Positions 63,988-64,000 of a stretch of DNA of 64,000 nt are shown here, piece by piece (position 1 is the first letter of the stretch; each line of letters opens with the position of its first letter). Position numbers and translations under genes: made by a program. Origin of the DNA: Slackia sp. (lineage in GTDB: Bacteria; Actinomycetota; Coriobacteriia; Coriobacteriales; Eggerthellaceae). The notes below the pieces were generated by a model. The model did no database searches, had not been told where the DNA came from, and was given only the letters and a program-made list of their open reading frames with translations. The DNA lies in NCBI GenBank assembly GCA_030527325.1, contig JAUNBA010000004.1, positions 59,748 through 123,747 on the forward strand, written 5' to 3'.

Positions 63988-64000
63988 TAGGAGATACACG

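Overview
High-GC chromosomal window from a Coriobacteriia bacterium, most likely Eggerthellaceae. This is inferred from two multi-TM LuxR regulators, Tat-exported flavo-lipoproteins and the gene content. Most of the window is core genome: CIRCE-controlled divergent groEL, divergent ppk2/ppk1, class B sortase, purM-purN-xdhC-purH, murT-gatD-glnA-like-glnR-like, tatBC, hypAB, nadE, class I aldolase, tsaE and infA-rpmJ-rpsMKD-rpoA. One accessory defence island (~21.0-28.5 kb) encodes a three-gene restriction-modification-like cassette: a half-methyltransferase, an Eco57I-like MTase with an AT-rich recognition domain, and a GIY-YIG/SF2 helicase with a Tudor-like tail. It also carries a serine resolvase/invertase, a tandem-XRE regulator and a perfect 16-bp inverted repeat between the recombinase and the RM genes. 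The most unusual non-genic signal is a dispersed family of four ~130-145 bp elements. Each has inverted arms (TTTTTTGCGGSTRTGGCAC), and the spacers (90/101/101/111 bp) differ by about one helical turn. Three copies carry a CGACCTGGG core exactly 33 bp from one arm. No tRNA, rRNA or CRISPR array was seen. All calls are from manual motif recognition; no database searches were run.
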